From Omnitrophica bacterium GWA2_41_15 (GTDB lineage: Bacteria > Omnitrophota > Gorgyraeia > Gygaellales > UBA12090), in contig CAKKRH010000030.1 of assembly GCA_919902675.1 (NCBI GenBank), positions 1 through 41,880 of the forward strand: DNA of 41,880 nucleotides, given 5' to 3'. The notes beneath the pieces are model-generated. The model was not told the DNA's origin. It saw only the letters and a list, made by a program, of their open reading frames with translations, and did not search any database. Position numbers and translations under genes: made by a program. Shown here one piece after another: positions 8,731 through 16,627 of this stretch; positions within the stretch are counted from its first letter, which is position 1; each line of letters opens with the position of its first letter.

Positions 8731-8913
8731 TAAACCCGAAACCCGAAACCCGAAACTCTAAACAAACTCAAAATGATAAACTCAAAACTCAAAATAAAAT
8801 GTTTTAGGTTTGGAAAATTTTTATTTTGGATTTGTTTAGGATTTATGGTTTAGTGTTTAGAGTTTATCTTTTATGTTCAGTATTTAGAGTTTTAAATTTA
8901 AATTATGAAGAAA
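8731..8913. repeat. Family A element, copy 4, plus 3' tail; direct repeat of 8165-8346
   Basis: T AAACCCG AAACCCG AAACCCG AAACTCT AAACAAACTCAAAATGATAAA ... AAATTATGAAGAAA. About 12 differences from copy 3 over about 182 bp. Confidence 0.92.
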
Positions 8914-9480
8914 ACTGCTCCCGCGTTCACCCTCATTGAGCTGTGTTTAGTAAGCCTAATAGCTTCAGTGATCGGCCTGGCGGTGTATTTTACTTTTAGT
9001 AATGGGATGAGAATCTGGCAGAAGGCAAATCAGAAAGTTGTTGAGGAGGATTTAAGCATATTTTTTGACCGATTTGCATCAGATGTAAGAAGCTGCCTGA
9101 AATTTTCCGGCTTGGGTTTTTTAGGGACCAAGGAGAGACTTGAGATTGCTTCTTTAGTGGTGAGCCCTTATTTGAGAAATAAGACTATAGGCCGGGTGGC
9201 TTACTTTTATGAACCGAAGAGTAAAGCCTTATTCAGGGAGGAGAATGACCTCAGCCGGATATTCGAAGGCAAACAAGGAATAGCGAAAGGGATTTTAGAA
9301 AATTTAAATTCTTTGAAGTTCGGGTATTACTTTTATGATAAAGAGAAAAAAGAATATGTCTGGCTTGAGGATGCTACTCTTGAGGGATTGCCGCTGGCGG
9401 TGAGAATAGAATTTGAGCTTGACACTCAGGGTTCAGCCGGCAGGTTTGCCAGGACGGTGAGTATTCCTATCGGCGGATAG
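8905..9480 (+). CDS. Minor pseudopilin, GspJ/PilW-like
   Basis: A|FTLIEL prepilin motif; C-terminal LKFGYY...W...LPLAVRIEFEL typical of GspJ. Confidence 0.8.
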   Translation: MKKTAPAFTLIELCLVSLIASVIGLAVYFTFSNGMRIWQKANQKVVEEDLSIFFDRFASDVRSCLKFSGLGFLGTKERLEIASLVVSPYLRNKTIGRVAYFYEPKSKALFREENDLSRIFEGKQGIAKGILENLNSLKFGYYFYDKEKKEYVWLEDATLEGLPLAVRIEFELDTQGSAGRFARTVSIPIGG

Positions 9481-9482
9481 TT

Positions 9483-9519
9483 TAGTTGACGGTTGACAGA
9501 TGACAGTTCACAGAAAAAA
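9483..9519 (+). repeat. Family B heptamer array (RGTTSAC)
   Basis: T AGTTGAC GGTTGAC AGATGAC AGTTCAC AGAAAAAA. Confidence 0.8.
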
Positions 9520-9575
9520 CATTCTTCCATTACGTGTTTTTGTATTAATTGTTGACTATTTTATATTTTGCGCTT

Positions 9576-10589
9576 ATGTCTTATAATTTAAAAGTAACAA
9601 GGGCAAGTATTTTACTGCTTGCTCTCTGGTCGCTTTCGCTCTTGACGGTATTTAGTGTGGCTTTAGGTTATGGCCTTAGGCAGAAACTCTCTTTAGTTAA
9701 ACGTATTGATGAGAGGGAAAGGCTGCGCCTTATCGCTGAGGCAGGTGTCCGGAAGGCTCTTTTTGAGCTGATAAGGCAGGAAACCGAAGGTTGCAACAGC
9801 CTAAAAGATCCTGTTAGTAATGACCCGGAACTGTTTAAAGACGCGCATCTTGAGGGAGGAAGCTTCTCGGTGTCATATAATTTTATGAACGAGCCGGAAG
9901 GAGTCTTGGAAACGCGCTATGGCTTATCGGATGAAGAAAGTAAAATTAATCTTAACGCCTCTGGACTCGCGGTGTTGAAAAATCTTTTCGCCGCCGTCGG
10001 ACTTGATGAGGTTGAGGCCCAGGAATTGGCGGCTTCAATAGTTGATTGGCGGGATAAAGACAGTCAGCTTTCCATACCCTTAGGCAGTGCCGAAGACCCT
10101 TATTATCACGGATTGCCTTATCCTTATGAGGCCAAAGATTCCGAGTTTGAGTCTTTGGATGAGCTTTTATTGGTTAAGGGAATGAGGCAGGAGATATTGG
10201 AGAAGCTAAAAGATTATGTTACGGTGTCCTCCGCGGGCAGAATAAACATTAATACCGCGAGTTCGCTTGTGCTTATATCACTGGGCCTGGACGAGGATAC
10301 CGCGGATAAAATCATCCGCCACCGAAGCGCGGATGACGGCATCTTAGGCAATGAAGACGATAATGTCTTTCTGAAAACTTCCGATATAGTGCCTCATCTA
10401 AGCCAGGCTTTCCCTTTAAGCGATTCCCAAATCTCAAAACTTACCATTGTGATTGATCAGGGCTTAGATGTCTATTCCAACAATTTTATGATTAAAAGCA
10501 CCGCCGGGCTGAATAATAGGAAGGCAGAACTAAAAGTGGTGTGTATAGCCGATATATTCGGAAAAATCCTCTATTGGCGAGAAGGATAG
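9576..10589 (+). CDS. gspK: Type II secretion minor pseudopilin GspK
   Basis: N-terminal hydrophobic segment; DEESKINLN, LAASIVDWRDKD, FESLDELLLVKG, GRININTAS. ATG 9576 preferred over TTG 9549. Confidence 0.9.
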   Translation: MSYNLKVTRASILLLALWSLSLLTVFSVALGYGLRQKLSLVKRIDERERLRLIAEAGVRKALFELIRQETEGCNSLKDPVSNDPELFKDAHLEGGSFSVSYNFMNEPEGVLETRYGLSDEESKINLNASGLAVLKNLFAAVGLDEVEAQELAASIVDWRDKDSQLSIPLGSAEDPYYHGLPYPYEAKDSEFESLDELLLVKGMRQEILEKLKDYVTVSSAGRININTASSLVLISLGLDEDTADKIIRHRSADDGILGNEDDNVFLKTSDIVPHLSQAFPLSDSQISKLTIVIDQGLDVYSNNFMIKSTAGLNNRKAELKVVCIADIFGKILYWREG

Positions 10590-10591
10590 TT

Positions 10592-10622
10592 TAGTTCACG
10601 GTTCACAGTTAACAGTTCATAG
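10592..10622 (+). repeat. Family B heptamer array
   Basis: T AGTTCAC GGTTCAC AGTTAAC AGTTCAT AG, preceded by the same GGATAGTT (stop codon context) as the 9483 copy. Confidence 0.8.
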
Positions 10623-10634
10623 TAATTAAGAACT

Positions 10635-12104
10635 ATGTTTAAAGCCCTTACTCAGAAATTAAATCACTTAAAGCGTAAGACAGGCGAATTGGTGAGCCTT
10701 AGTCTGGGAAACTCTTTAACCATTGCTTCTGCCACATCCCTCAGCAAAAAGGAAATATCCGGAATCTTCTCTAAGAATATTAACAGCTTAAACGATGATG
10801 AAATCTCCAAGATAATCAAACAAGGTTTCACCGAATTAAAAATTAAGAATCCCAAGATAATATGCGTGATAACTTCGCAGTTGGCTATTACCAAAAACAT
10901 TGAGATACCCTCTACTGACCCCCAGGAAATAAAGGAGATTATCAATCTCCAGGCCGGCCGCCACACTCCTTACGCGCGCGAGGAGATAATCATTGATCAT
11001 ATCAATATCGGAACTTATAAGAACAGCTATACTAAGATTTTGCTGGTGATAGTGGCGCGCGCCGCGGTAAAAAGGCACTACGAAATCTTAGCTAAAATAG
11101 GCCTAAAGCCGGAAAAGGTTTTTTTTGCCCCTGAGGCGCTTGGCCTGGCTTCTTCAAAGATGCTGAAAGTTGAAAGCGATAACAGTCCTTTGAGCCTTGT
11201 CCATATTGATGAGACGGTAACCGATTTTACGGTAATTTTCAAAAGAAAACCGTTGTTTATCCGCAGTATTCCGATAGGGATACAAAGTTTTGAGCTGGAT
11301 AAAGATAAAAATGAGTTAAGATTTGCCGATGAGCTTAAGAAATCCATAGAATCATATCAAAGCGAAGGGATCGCGGATGTCCCCTCCAGGTTTATCCTTA
11401 CCGGAGCTATCGAGAAACTTTCCGGTTTATCCGAGGTGTTGAGCAATTCGCGCGTCCCGCTAAAAACAACCGCTTATCTGGGCGGATTTCATCTGTATCC
11501 GGAGGCCTTGAAATCGCTTTCGCTCACCCCGCGCGTTTCTTTTCTTAATGTGATTGCCGGACTCTTTTTCTCCGATGAATTGAAAGTGGATTTGGTTCCC
11601 GAGGAGGTAAGATTAGCCAGGGCGCTTGAAGAAAGAGGAAGGGAACTTATAAAAATAGGAATTTTTGTCCTGGCGGTATTTGTTTTGGTATTTTTCATAC
11701 TCTTAAGCAACATATTCTTTAAGAGCGCGTATTTAAAAAACTTAGAAGTTAGATACGCGCCGATGATTGGTGAGTCTGATAAATTAGAAAAAGATTATGC
11801 CAGGGTCTCAACCATCAGGCATTATTTAGAAAACCGCGGGTATTCCCTGGAGGTATTGACTGAGCTCCACCGGCTGACTCCGCTGGAAATTGCCCTTACT
11901 GATATTCGTTTGGATGAGCAGAGAAAATTTTCCATCAAGGGAACCGCCGAGGCGATGTCGGTAGTTTTTTCTTTCGTGGATAACATGGAGAAATCCAGCT
12001 ACTTCAAGGATGTAAAAACCAAATATACCACAAAAAGAAGGGATGGCTTGAAAGAATTTACCGATTTTGAGATAACCGCGGCCATTGATAGAGGAGAAGA
12101 ATAG
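10635..12104 (+). CDS. PilM-PilN (GspL-like) fusion protein
   Basis: N-terminal PilM-like region (IEIPS, TPYAREEIIID, LFIRSIPIG, FILTG), VDLVPEE linker, one TM, PilN-like C-terminus (LTELHRLTP, FSIKGTA, FVDNMEKSSYFKDV). Confidence 0.75.
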   Translation: MFKALTQKLNHLKRKTGELVSLSLGNSLTIASATSLSKKEISGIFSKNINSLNDDEISKIIKQGFTELKIKNPKIICVITSQLAITKNIEIPSTDPQEIKEIINLQAGRHTPYAREEIIIDHINIGTYKNSYTKILLVIVARAAVKRHYEILAKIGLKPEKVFFAPEALGLASSKMLKVESDNSPLSLVHIDETVTDFTVIFKRKPLFIRSIPIGIQSFELDKDKNELRFADELKKSIESYQSEGIADVPSRFILTGAIEKLSGLSEVLSNSRVPLKTTAYLGGFHLYPEALKSLSLTPRVSFLNVIAGLFFSDELKVDLVPEEVRLARALEERGRELIKIGIFVLAVFVLVFFILLSNIFFKSAYLKNLEVRYAPMIGESDKLEKDYARVSTIRHYLENRGYSLEVLTELHRLTPLEIALTDIRLDEQRKFSIKGTAEAMSVVFSFVDNMEKSSYFKDVKTKYTTKRRDGLKEFTDFEITAAIDRGEE

Positions 12105-12107
12105 CTG

Positions 12108-12665
12108 ATGCTTAAATTTACACGGTCTTTTCAGGCGTTTTTTTTGCGTCTATCCAAGAGGGAAAAATTTATTTTTTACGGCGCGCTGTTCTTCGTTTCT
12201 CTTACTCTGCTTGATCAGCTGGTGGTGTCTCCGGTATTTTCTAAAATTAAATTTTTGGACGCCGAAATAAAGGATAGAGAAACCTTGATAAAAAGCAGCC
12301 TGAAAATAGTTACTCAAAAAGAAAGGATACTCTCAGCCCGGAATAAATACAGCTACCTCTCCAGCGGTTTCACCTCAAGCGATACCGAGGTAACTTCTTT
12401 ATTGAAAGAGATAGAAGGGATGAGTAATAAAAGTTCAGTGTATCTTGTGGATATGAAACCGGCAGCTATCAAGGGGGGCTCTTCCGAGAAGTTTATGATA
12501 TCCTTAAGCTGTGAGGCCCAGATGGAGCAATTAGTTGATTTTATGTATAATATAGAAAATTCGGATAAACTTTTGATGATTGAGAAATACCAGATCAGCC
12601 CCAAGTCCAAAGAATCAAGCGTGGCCAAATGCGTTATGTCTATATCAAAGATAGTAATACCCTAA
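12108..12665 (+). CDS. PilO/GspM-like assembly protein
   Basis: LSKREK + TM + coiled coil, LLKEIE, QLVDFMYNIE; position after PilMN. Confidence 0.75.
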   Translation: MLKFTRSFQAFFLRLSKREKFIFYGALFFVSLTLLDQLVVSPVFSKIKFLDAEIKDRETLIKSSLKIVTQKERILSARNKYSYLSSGFTSSDTEVTSLLKEIEGMSNKSSVYLVDMKPAAIKGGSSEKFMISLSCEAQMEQLVDFMYNIENSDKLLMIEKYQISPKSKESSVAKCVMSISKIVIP

Positions 12666-12714
12666 AAAAATGAATAATAAATATCGAATATCGAATAAAA
12701 TTTTAAAAAAAAAC

Positions 12715-12742
12715 TTGACAAAAGTTTTTTTTGTATTAAACT
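12715..12742 (+). promoter_or_regulatory. Sigma70-type promoter for the tRNA-Thr/rpmG/secE region
   Basis: Perfect TTGACA (12715-12720), 16-nt spacer, TAAACT (12737-12742), A/T tract upstream (UP-like). Confidence 0.65.
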
Positions 12743-13107
12743 TATGATTCCGCTGTAAATGCTTATCGCTATCGGCGTGGAAAAATAGCCGGCTTTCGCG
12801 GGGTAGAAATAAGCGCAACAAAACAGTCGGGCATTAAAGAGAAAGCCGGACAAGGCCAGCAAAATAAGATCGAATCAACTCCAAGATAAGGATTGCGCGA
12901 AGAAATGTAATTCTTGCAAAGGGTAGGTTTTTGTTTCTTTTGCTCCGCTGGTTATAGCAGGTAAAAAAGGAATTAGGCTTGCGTATAGCAATGCCTATTA
13001 AGTTTAACATGGGATTGCGATGCCAGGGCGGGGCAATGGCTCTACTTATCTCACCATCCTGAGCCTGTCGAAGGAGCCACCCGGAGTGAAAAAGCGGTTA
13101 ACAATCT

Positions 13108-13180
13108 GCTGGAGTAGCTCAGTTGGTAGAGCACGTCCTTGGTAAGGACGGGGTCACGGGTTCGATTCCCGTCTCCAGCT
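13108..13180 (+). tRNA. tRNA-Thr(GGT), CCA not encoded
   Basis: Acceptor GCTGGAG/CTCCAGC, D arm GCTC/GAGC, anticodon stem CGTCC/GGACG with GGT at 13141-13143, T arm ACGGG-TTCGATT-CCCGT. Confidence 0.97.
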
Positions 13181-13209
13181 TAAATTCGCGCCTAAAAGCG
13201 CGAATTTAA
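13180..13209. repeat. Perfect 12-bp hairpin immediately after tRNA-Thr
   Basis: TTAAATTCGCGC-CTAAAA-GCGCGAATTTAA. Confidence 0.7.
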
Positions 13210-13252
13210 TCCTGAGGAGCTACAGTGACGAAGGATCTTAACATTTAAAAAG

Positions 13253-13402
13253 ATGCGTGAAACTATAACCTTGGAATGCTCGGTTTGTAAAAACCGTAAT
13301 TATACTACCACCAGAAATAAGAAGATACATCAGGATAAGCTTCTTTTGAGCAAACACTGCAGATTTTGCCGTAAACATACAGAACATAAAGAAATAAAGT
13401 AG
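13253..13402 (+). CDS. rpmG: 50S ribosomal protein L33 (Zn-ribbon type); not in the ORF track
   Basis: Manual translation [49 protein letters not shown]. Confidence 0.97.
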   Translation: MRETITLECSVCKNRNYTTTRNKKIHQDKLLLSKHCRFCRKHTEHKEIK

Positions 13403-13405
13403 TTC

Positions 13406-13429
13406 TAGTTCACAGTTGGCAGTTCACAG
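13406..13429 (+). repeat. Family B heptamer array
   Basis: T AGTTCAC AGTTGGC AGTTCAC AG. Confidence 0.75.
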
Positions 13430-13463
13430 AGATAGACCGTATCTTTTTTTTAAGGCAAGGCTT

Positions 13464-13534
13464 AGGAGCGTCGGTTAATGGCAAACCACCGGTCTCCAAA
13501 ACCGGGACTGCAGGTTCGAGCCCTGCCGCTCCTG
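13464..13534 (+). tRNA. tRNA-Trp(CCA), CCA end not encoded
   Basis: Acceptor AGGAGCG/CGCTCCT, anticodon stem CCGGT/ACCGG with CCA at 13496-13498, T arm GCAGG-TTCGAGC-CCTGC; canonical rpmG-tRNA-Trp-secE position. Confidence 0.95.
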
Positions 13535-13575
13535 GTAATTTAAGGAAAGAAACCGGATTAGATATAATAATAAGG

Positions 13576-13761
13576 ATGATAAAAAAGACTAAAAAATTTT
13601 TGAGTGAAGTAAAAGTGGAATTAAGCAAGGTTTCCTGGTCAACCCGTACCGAATTGATCGGAGCCACAGGCGCGGTCATGACAGTTACCTTGATTATGGC
13701 GATATATATCGGAGTTGTGGATTTGTGCCTGTCTAAAATGTTTACCTATTTTATAAAATGA
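13576..13761 (+). CDS. secE: Preprotein translocase SecE
   Basis: FLSEVKVELSKVSWSTR motif plus one TM; upstream of nusG. Confidence 0.95.
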   Translation: MIKKTKKFLSEVKVELSKVSWSTRTELIGATGAVMTVTLIMAIYIGVVDLCLSKMFTYFIK

Positions 13762-14285
13762 AAAAGTGGTACGTGGTCCATACCCAGACCGGTGTTGAGG
13801 AAAAGGTAAAAGCAAATTTAGAAAAACGTATATTAAGTTCGCAGGATAAGGATTCTTTTGGCCAGGTAATGATTCCTACAGAGCAGATTTCTGAGATTAG
13901 AAGCGGCAAGAAAAGAGTAACCCAAAGAAAATTCTTTCCGGGATATTTATTGGTAGAGATGGATTTGAATGACGCCAGTTATCTTCTGGTAAAGACTGCT
14001 CCCGGGGTAACCGGTTTTATAGGCCTAGGAAGACAGCCTTCATCTTTACCTGACGAAGAAGTAAAGGGCATTCTTAAGAAATCCGAGGATACGCAGGCTA
14101 AGCCCAGCCCGAAGATTGTTTTCGCCAAAGATGAGCAGGTGAGGGTTACCGAAGGGCCGTTTGTTAATTTCAACGGAACCATTGAAGAGGTTCGTCCTGA
14201 AAAAGGAAAGTTGAAGGTCGCGGTTTCTATTTTTGGCCGGGCAACACCGGTTGAGTTAGAGTATTGGCAGGTGGAAAAAGTATAA
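13758..14285 (+). CDS. nusG: Transcription termination/antitermination factor NusG
   Basis: WYVVHT, FFPGYLLVEM, PGVTGFIG, GPFVNF, SIFGRATPVEL. Confidence 0.98.
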   Translation: MKKWYVVHTQTGVEEKVKANLEKRILSSQDKDSFGQVMIPTEQISEIRSGKKRVTQRKFFPGYLLVEMDLNDASYLLVKTAPGVTGFIGLGRQPSSLPDEEVKGILKKSEDTQAKPSPKIVFAKDEQVRVTEGPFVNFNGTIEEVRPEKGKLKVAVSIFGRATPVELEYWQVEKV

Positions 14286-14314
14286 TACCGAGTAACAAAA
14301 TTAGAGTAAAATTA

Positions 14315-14453
14315 TAAATCCTAAATCCGAAACCATAAACCCTAAACAAACCCAAATGTCAAAACTTAAAACCCAAAACAAAAAATAAGAAATAAACCTT
14401 TGTGTTTTGAGTTTATAGTTTCGGATTTGTTTAGAATTTAGGGTTTAGGGTTT
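14315..14453. repeat. Family A element, copy 5
   Basis: T AAATCCT AAATCCG AAACCAT AAACCCT AAACAAACCCAAA ... AAAACA-N22-TGTTTT ... TTCGGATTTGTTTAG AATTT AGGGTTT AGGGTTT. Confidence 0.9.
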
Positions 14454-14464
14454 GAATTATTAAA

Positions 14465-14890
14465 ATGGCTAAGAAAATAGTCGCGCAAATTAAACTGCAT
14501 GTTCCCGCGGGGCAGGCTAATCCGGCTCCTCCGGTTGGCCCGGCATTAGGCCAGCACGGCGTGAATATAATGCAGTTCTGTAAACAATTCAACGACCAGA
14601 CTAAGGGCAGAGAAGGCCTGATCCTTCCGGCGGTAATCAGCGTATACGAGGATAAAACATTTACTTTCATAATCAAAAGTCCGCCTAGCTCGGTCCTGCT
14701 TAAAAGGGCGGCAAATATCGCCAAGGCTTCAGGCCAGGCGGGAAAAGAAAAGATTGGGACTGTTACCCGTAAGCAGGTGGAAGAAATAGTAAATTTAAAA
14801 TTAAAAGACTTGAATTGCAGCGATATAAAACAGGCGTTCAAGGTAATCGCGGGCACGGCCAGAAGCATGGGCATCGCGGTTGAGGGATAA
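14465..14890 (+). CDS. rplK: 50S ribosomal protein L11
   Basis: [29 protein letters not shown]. Confidence 0.99.
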   Translation: MAKKIVAQIKLHVPAGQANPAPPVGPALGQHGVNIMQFCKQFNDQTKGREGLILPAVISVYEDKTFTFIIKSPPSSVLLKRAANIAKASGQAGKEKIGTVTRKQVEEIVNLKLKDLNCSDIKQAFKVIAGTARSMGIAVEG

Positions 14891-15574
14891 ATGTCAAAAA
14901 AAAGAAGCAAAAGATATGAAGAGGCCTTAAAGCTTTTTGACGCGGATAAATCTTACGGCCTTAAAGAGGCAATCGCTATTTTAAAGAAATTTCCGTCAAC
15001 CAAGTTTGACCAGACGGTTGATTTGATTTTTTACGTCAATGTTGACCCTAAGAAATCAGATCAGCTCATCCGGGGCACGGTGAGCCTTCCCCATGGCACT
15101 GGAAAGACGGTGCGCGTGGCTGTTTTCTGTAAAGGGGAGCAGGAAAAAGAGGCCAAGGCCTCAGGGGCGGATTTCGTGGGAGGCAGTGAACTTATTGATA
15201 AGGTGGCCGCCGGTTTTCTTGATTTTGATGCCGCGGTTGCTACCCCGGATATGATGAAAGATTTAAGCCGCTTAGGAAAAATTTTAGGGCCAAAAGGCCT
15301 TATGCCCAGCCCCAAAACCGGAACCGTAACTGTTAATGTCGCTCAGGCGGTTAAAGCGATCAGGGGCGGCAGGGTAGAATTTAAAGTAGATAAGCAATCG
15401 GGAATCCAGGCGCCCGCGGGGAAGATTAGCTTTAGCGAGGCGCAGCTTCTTGAGAATGCCTCCAAGGTTATTGAGGTTATTACCCAGTCAAGGCCGGGAA
15501 CAGTCAAAGGGAATTTTATTAAATCAATTTTTATTTCTTGCAGTATGAGCCCGGGAGTCCGGCTTACCTTATGA
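14891..15574 (+). CDS. rplA: 50S ribosomal protein L1
   Basis: RGTVSLPHGTGK, LGKILGPKGLMPSPKTGTVT. Confidence 0.99.
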   Translation: MSKKRSKRYEEALKLFDADKSYGLKEAIAILKKFPSTKFDQTVDLIFYVNVDPKKSDQLIRGTVSLPHGTGKTVRVAVFCKGEQEKEAKASGADFVGGSELIDKVAAGFLDFDAAVATPDMMKDLSRLGKILGPKGLMPSPKTGTVTVNVAQAVKAIRGGRVEFKVDKQSGIQAPAGKISFSEAQLLENASKVIEVITQSRPGTVKGNFIKSIFISCSMSPGVRLTL

Positions 15575-16104
15575 AATTAGGCAGTTTTTTTCGTAACTCG
15601 GCTGTTAACAGATTAAAGAAGGATATCGGTGAATCCGACAGCCTTTTTGTGGTTCAATATTCAGGGCTGGACAGCTTTAGGATGAGCCAGCTTAGAATCG
15701 CGCTCAGGGATGGGAAATCCAGGCTCTTTGTCTCTAAGAACAGCCTGATGAAGATAGCCCTTAAGGATTCTAAGATTGATGGCTTAGAAGGATTTTTTGA
15801 GGGGCCGGCGGCCCTGGTCTTTAGCGATAATGATATTGCCGTTGTTTCAAAAATCCTTTCTAAATTTGCCAAAGAGAACGAGAAATTGATTTTGAAGGGG
15901 GCTTATTATAAGGGAAGCTTATTTAAGCAGAAAGATATTGAAAATATAGCCAAGCTTCCCTCTAAAGAGGTATTGATAGCCCAGGTGGTATACGCCCTGA
16001 AGTCGCCGTTGGCAGGTTTGGTTTTTACCCTTGGGGGCGTTTTAAATAAATTAGTGATCGTGCTTAATCAGATAAAAGAGCAAAAAACAATCAAGGGTCA
16101 ATAG
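15571..16104 (+). CDS. rplJ: 50S ribosomal protein L10
   Basis: YSGL, VSKNSL, FEGPAAL, IAKLPSKEVL. ATG 15571 overlaps the rplA stop (ATGA). Confidence 0.93.
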   Translation: MKLGSFFRNSAVNRLKKDIGESDSLFVVQYSGLDSFRMSQLRIALRDGKSRLFVSKNSLMKIALKDSKIDGLEGFFEGPAALVFSDNDIAVVSKILSKFAKENEKLILKGAYYKGSLFKQKDIENIAKLPSKEVLIAQVVYALKSPLAGLVFTLGGVLNKLVIVLNQIKEQKTIKGQ

Positions 16105-16125
16105 TTGATGGTTGATAGTTTATAG
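16102..16125 (+). repeat. Family B-like heptamer array starting at the rplJ stop
   Basis: TAGTTGA TGGTTGA TAGTTTA TAG. Confidence 0.65.
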
Positions 16126-16164
16126 ACTCTTAGTTATTTACTTTCATTTAAGGAGGAACTGAAA

Positions 16165-16545
16165 ATGGCTGTTAAAGATGATGTAATCAAGTCAATTGAA
16201 GGAATGAATGTGCTGGAGCTTGCTGATTTAGTCAAAGAGCTCCAGGATAAATTTGGGGTTTCAGGCCAGATGGCGCAAGCGGCTGTTGGCGCGCCCGGCG
16301 GCACAGCGGCCCCTGCCGCGGCTGTTGAAGAAAAGAGCGCTTTTTCCGTGGTGCTCACCTCATCCGGAGCGAATAAAATCTCGGTTATTAAAGAAGTGCG
16401 CACTATCACTAACCTGGGACTTAAAGAGGCCAAGGATTTAGTTGACGGTGCCCCTAAAACAGTTAAGGACGGACTCCCCAAGGCGGAAGCCGAAGAAATG
16501 AAGAAAAAGCTTGAGGCCGCTGGAGCGACGGTAGAGTTAAAATAG
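16165..16545 (+). CDS. rplL: 50S ribosomal protein L7/L12
   Basis: [34 protein letters not shown]; AAGGAGG SD. Confidence 0.99.
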   Translation: MAVKDDVIKSIEGMNVLELADLVKELQDKFGVSGQMAQAAVGAPGGTAAPAAAVEEKSAFSVVLTSSGANKISVIKEVRTITNLGLKEAKDLVDGAPKTVKDGLPKAEAEEMKKKLEAAGATVELK

Positions 16546-16581
16546 TTTGTAGAGTTTGTTGAGTTATAGAGTTTGTTGAGT
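16543..16581 (+). repeat. Family C 9-mer array (left arm only)
   Basis: T AGTTTGTAG AGTTTGTTG AGTTATAG AGTTTGTTG AGT; reverse complement of the AACTCAACA unit. Confidence 0.75.
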
Positions 16582-16627
16582 GGAATTTGCGAAAGATTCA
16601 TACAAACGTACAAGGATAATAATCAAA

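Noticed and set aside
8165-8913. Integron attC cassette array
   Set aside because: The repeat-gene-repeat layout is cassette-like, but I could not identify convincing RYYYAAC...GTTRRRY box pairs, only two repeats exist, there is no integrase in the window, and the same element family occurs singly elsewhere.
12662-13062. Small ORFs in the promoter/leader region (minus 12662-12862; plus 17-codon ORF at 13009)
   Set aside because: The minus ORF crosses the promoter and low-complexity tracts. The plus ORF has no SD or recognisable peptide and ends inside a REP-like motif.
13428-13451. Possible intrinsic terminator AGATA-GACCG-TATCT followed by a T-run after rpmG
   Set aside because: The stem is only about 5 bp and AT-rich, too weak to call.
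14438-14453. TTTAGGG/CCCTAAA units identical to the plant-type telomere repeat (also near 8162, 30957 and 32696)
   Set aside because: At most two consecutive perfect units, embedded in degenerate palindromes between clearly bacterial genes. It is one variant of the family A heptamer, not a telomere or eukaryotic contamination.
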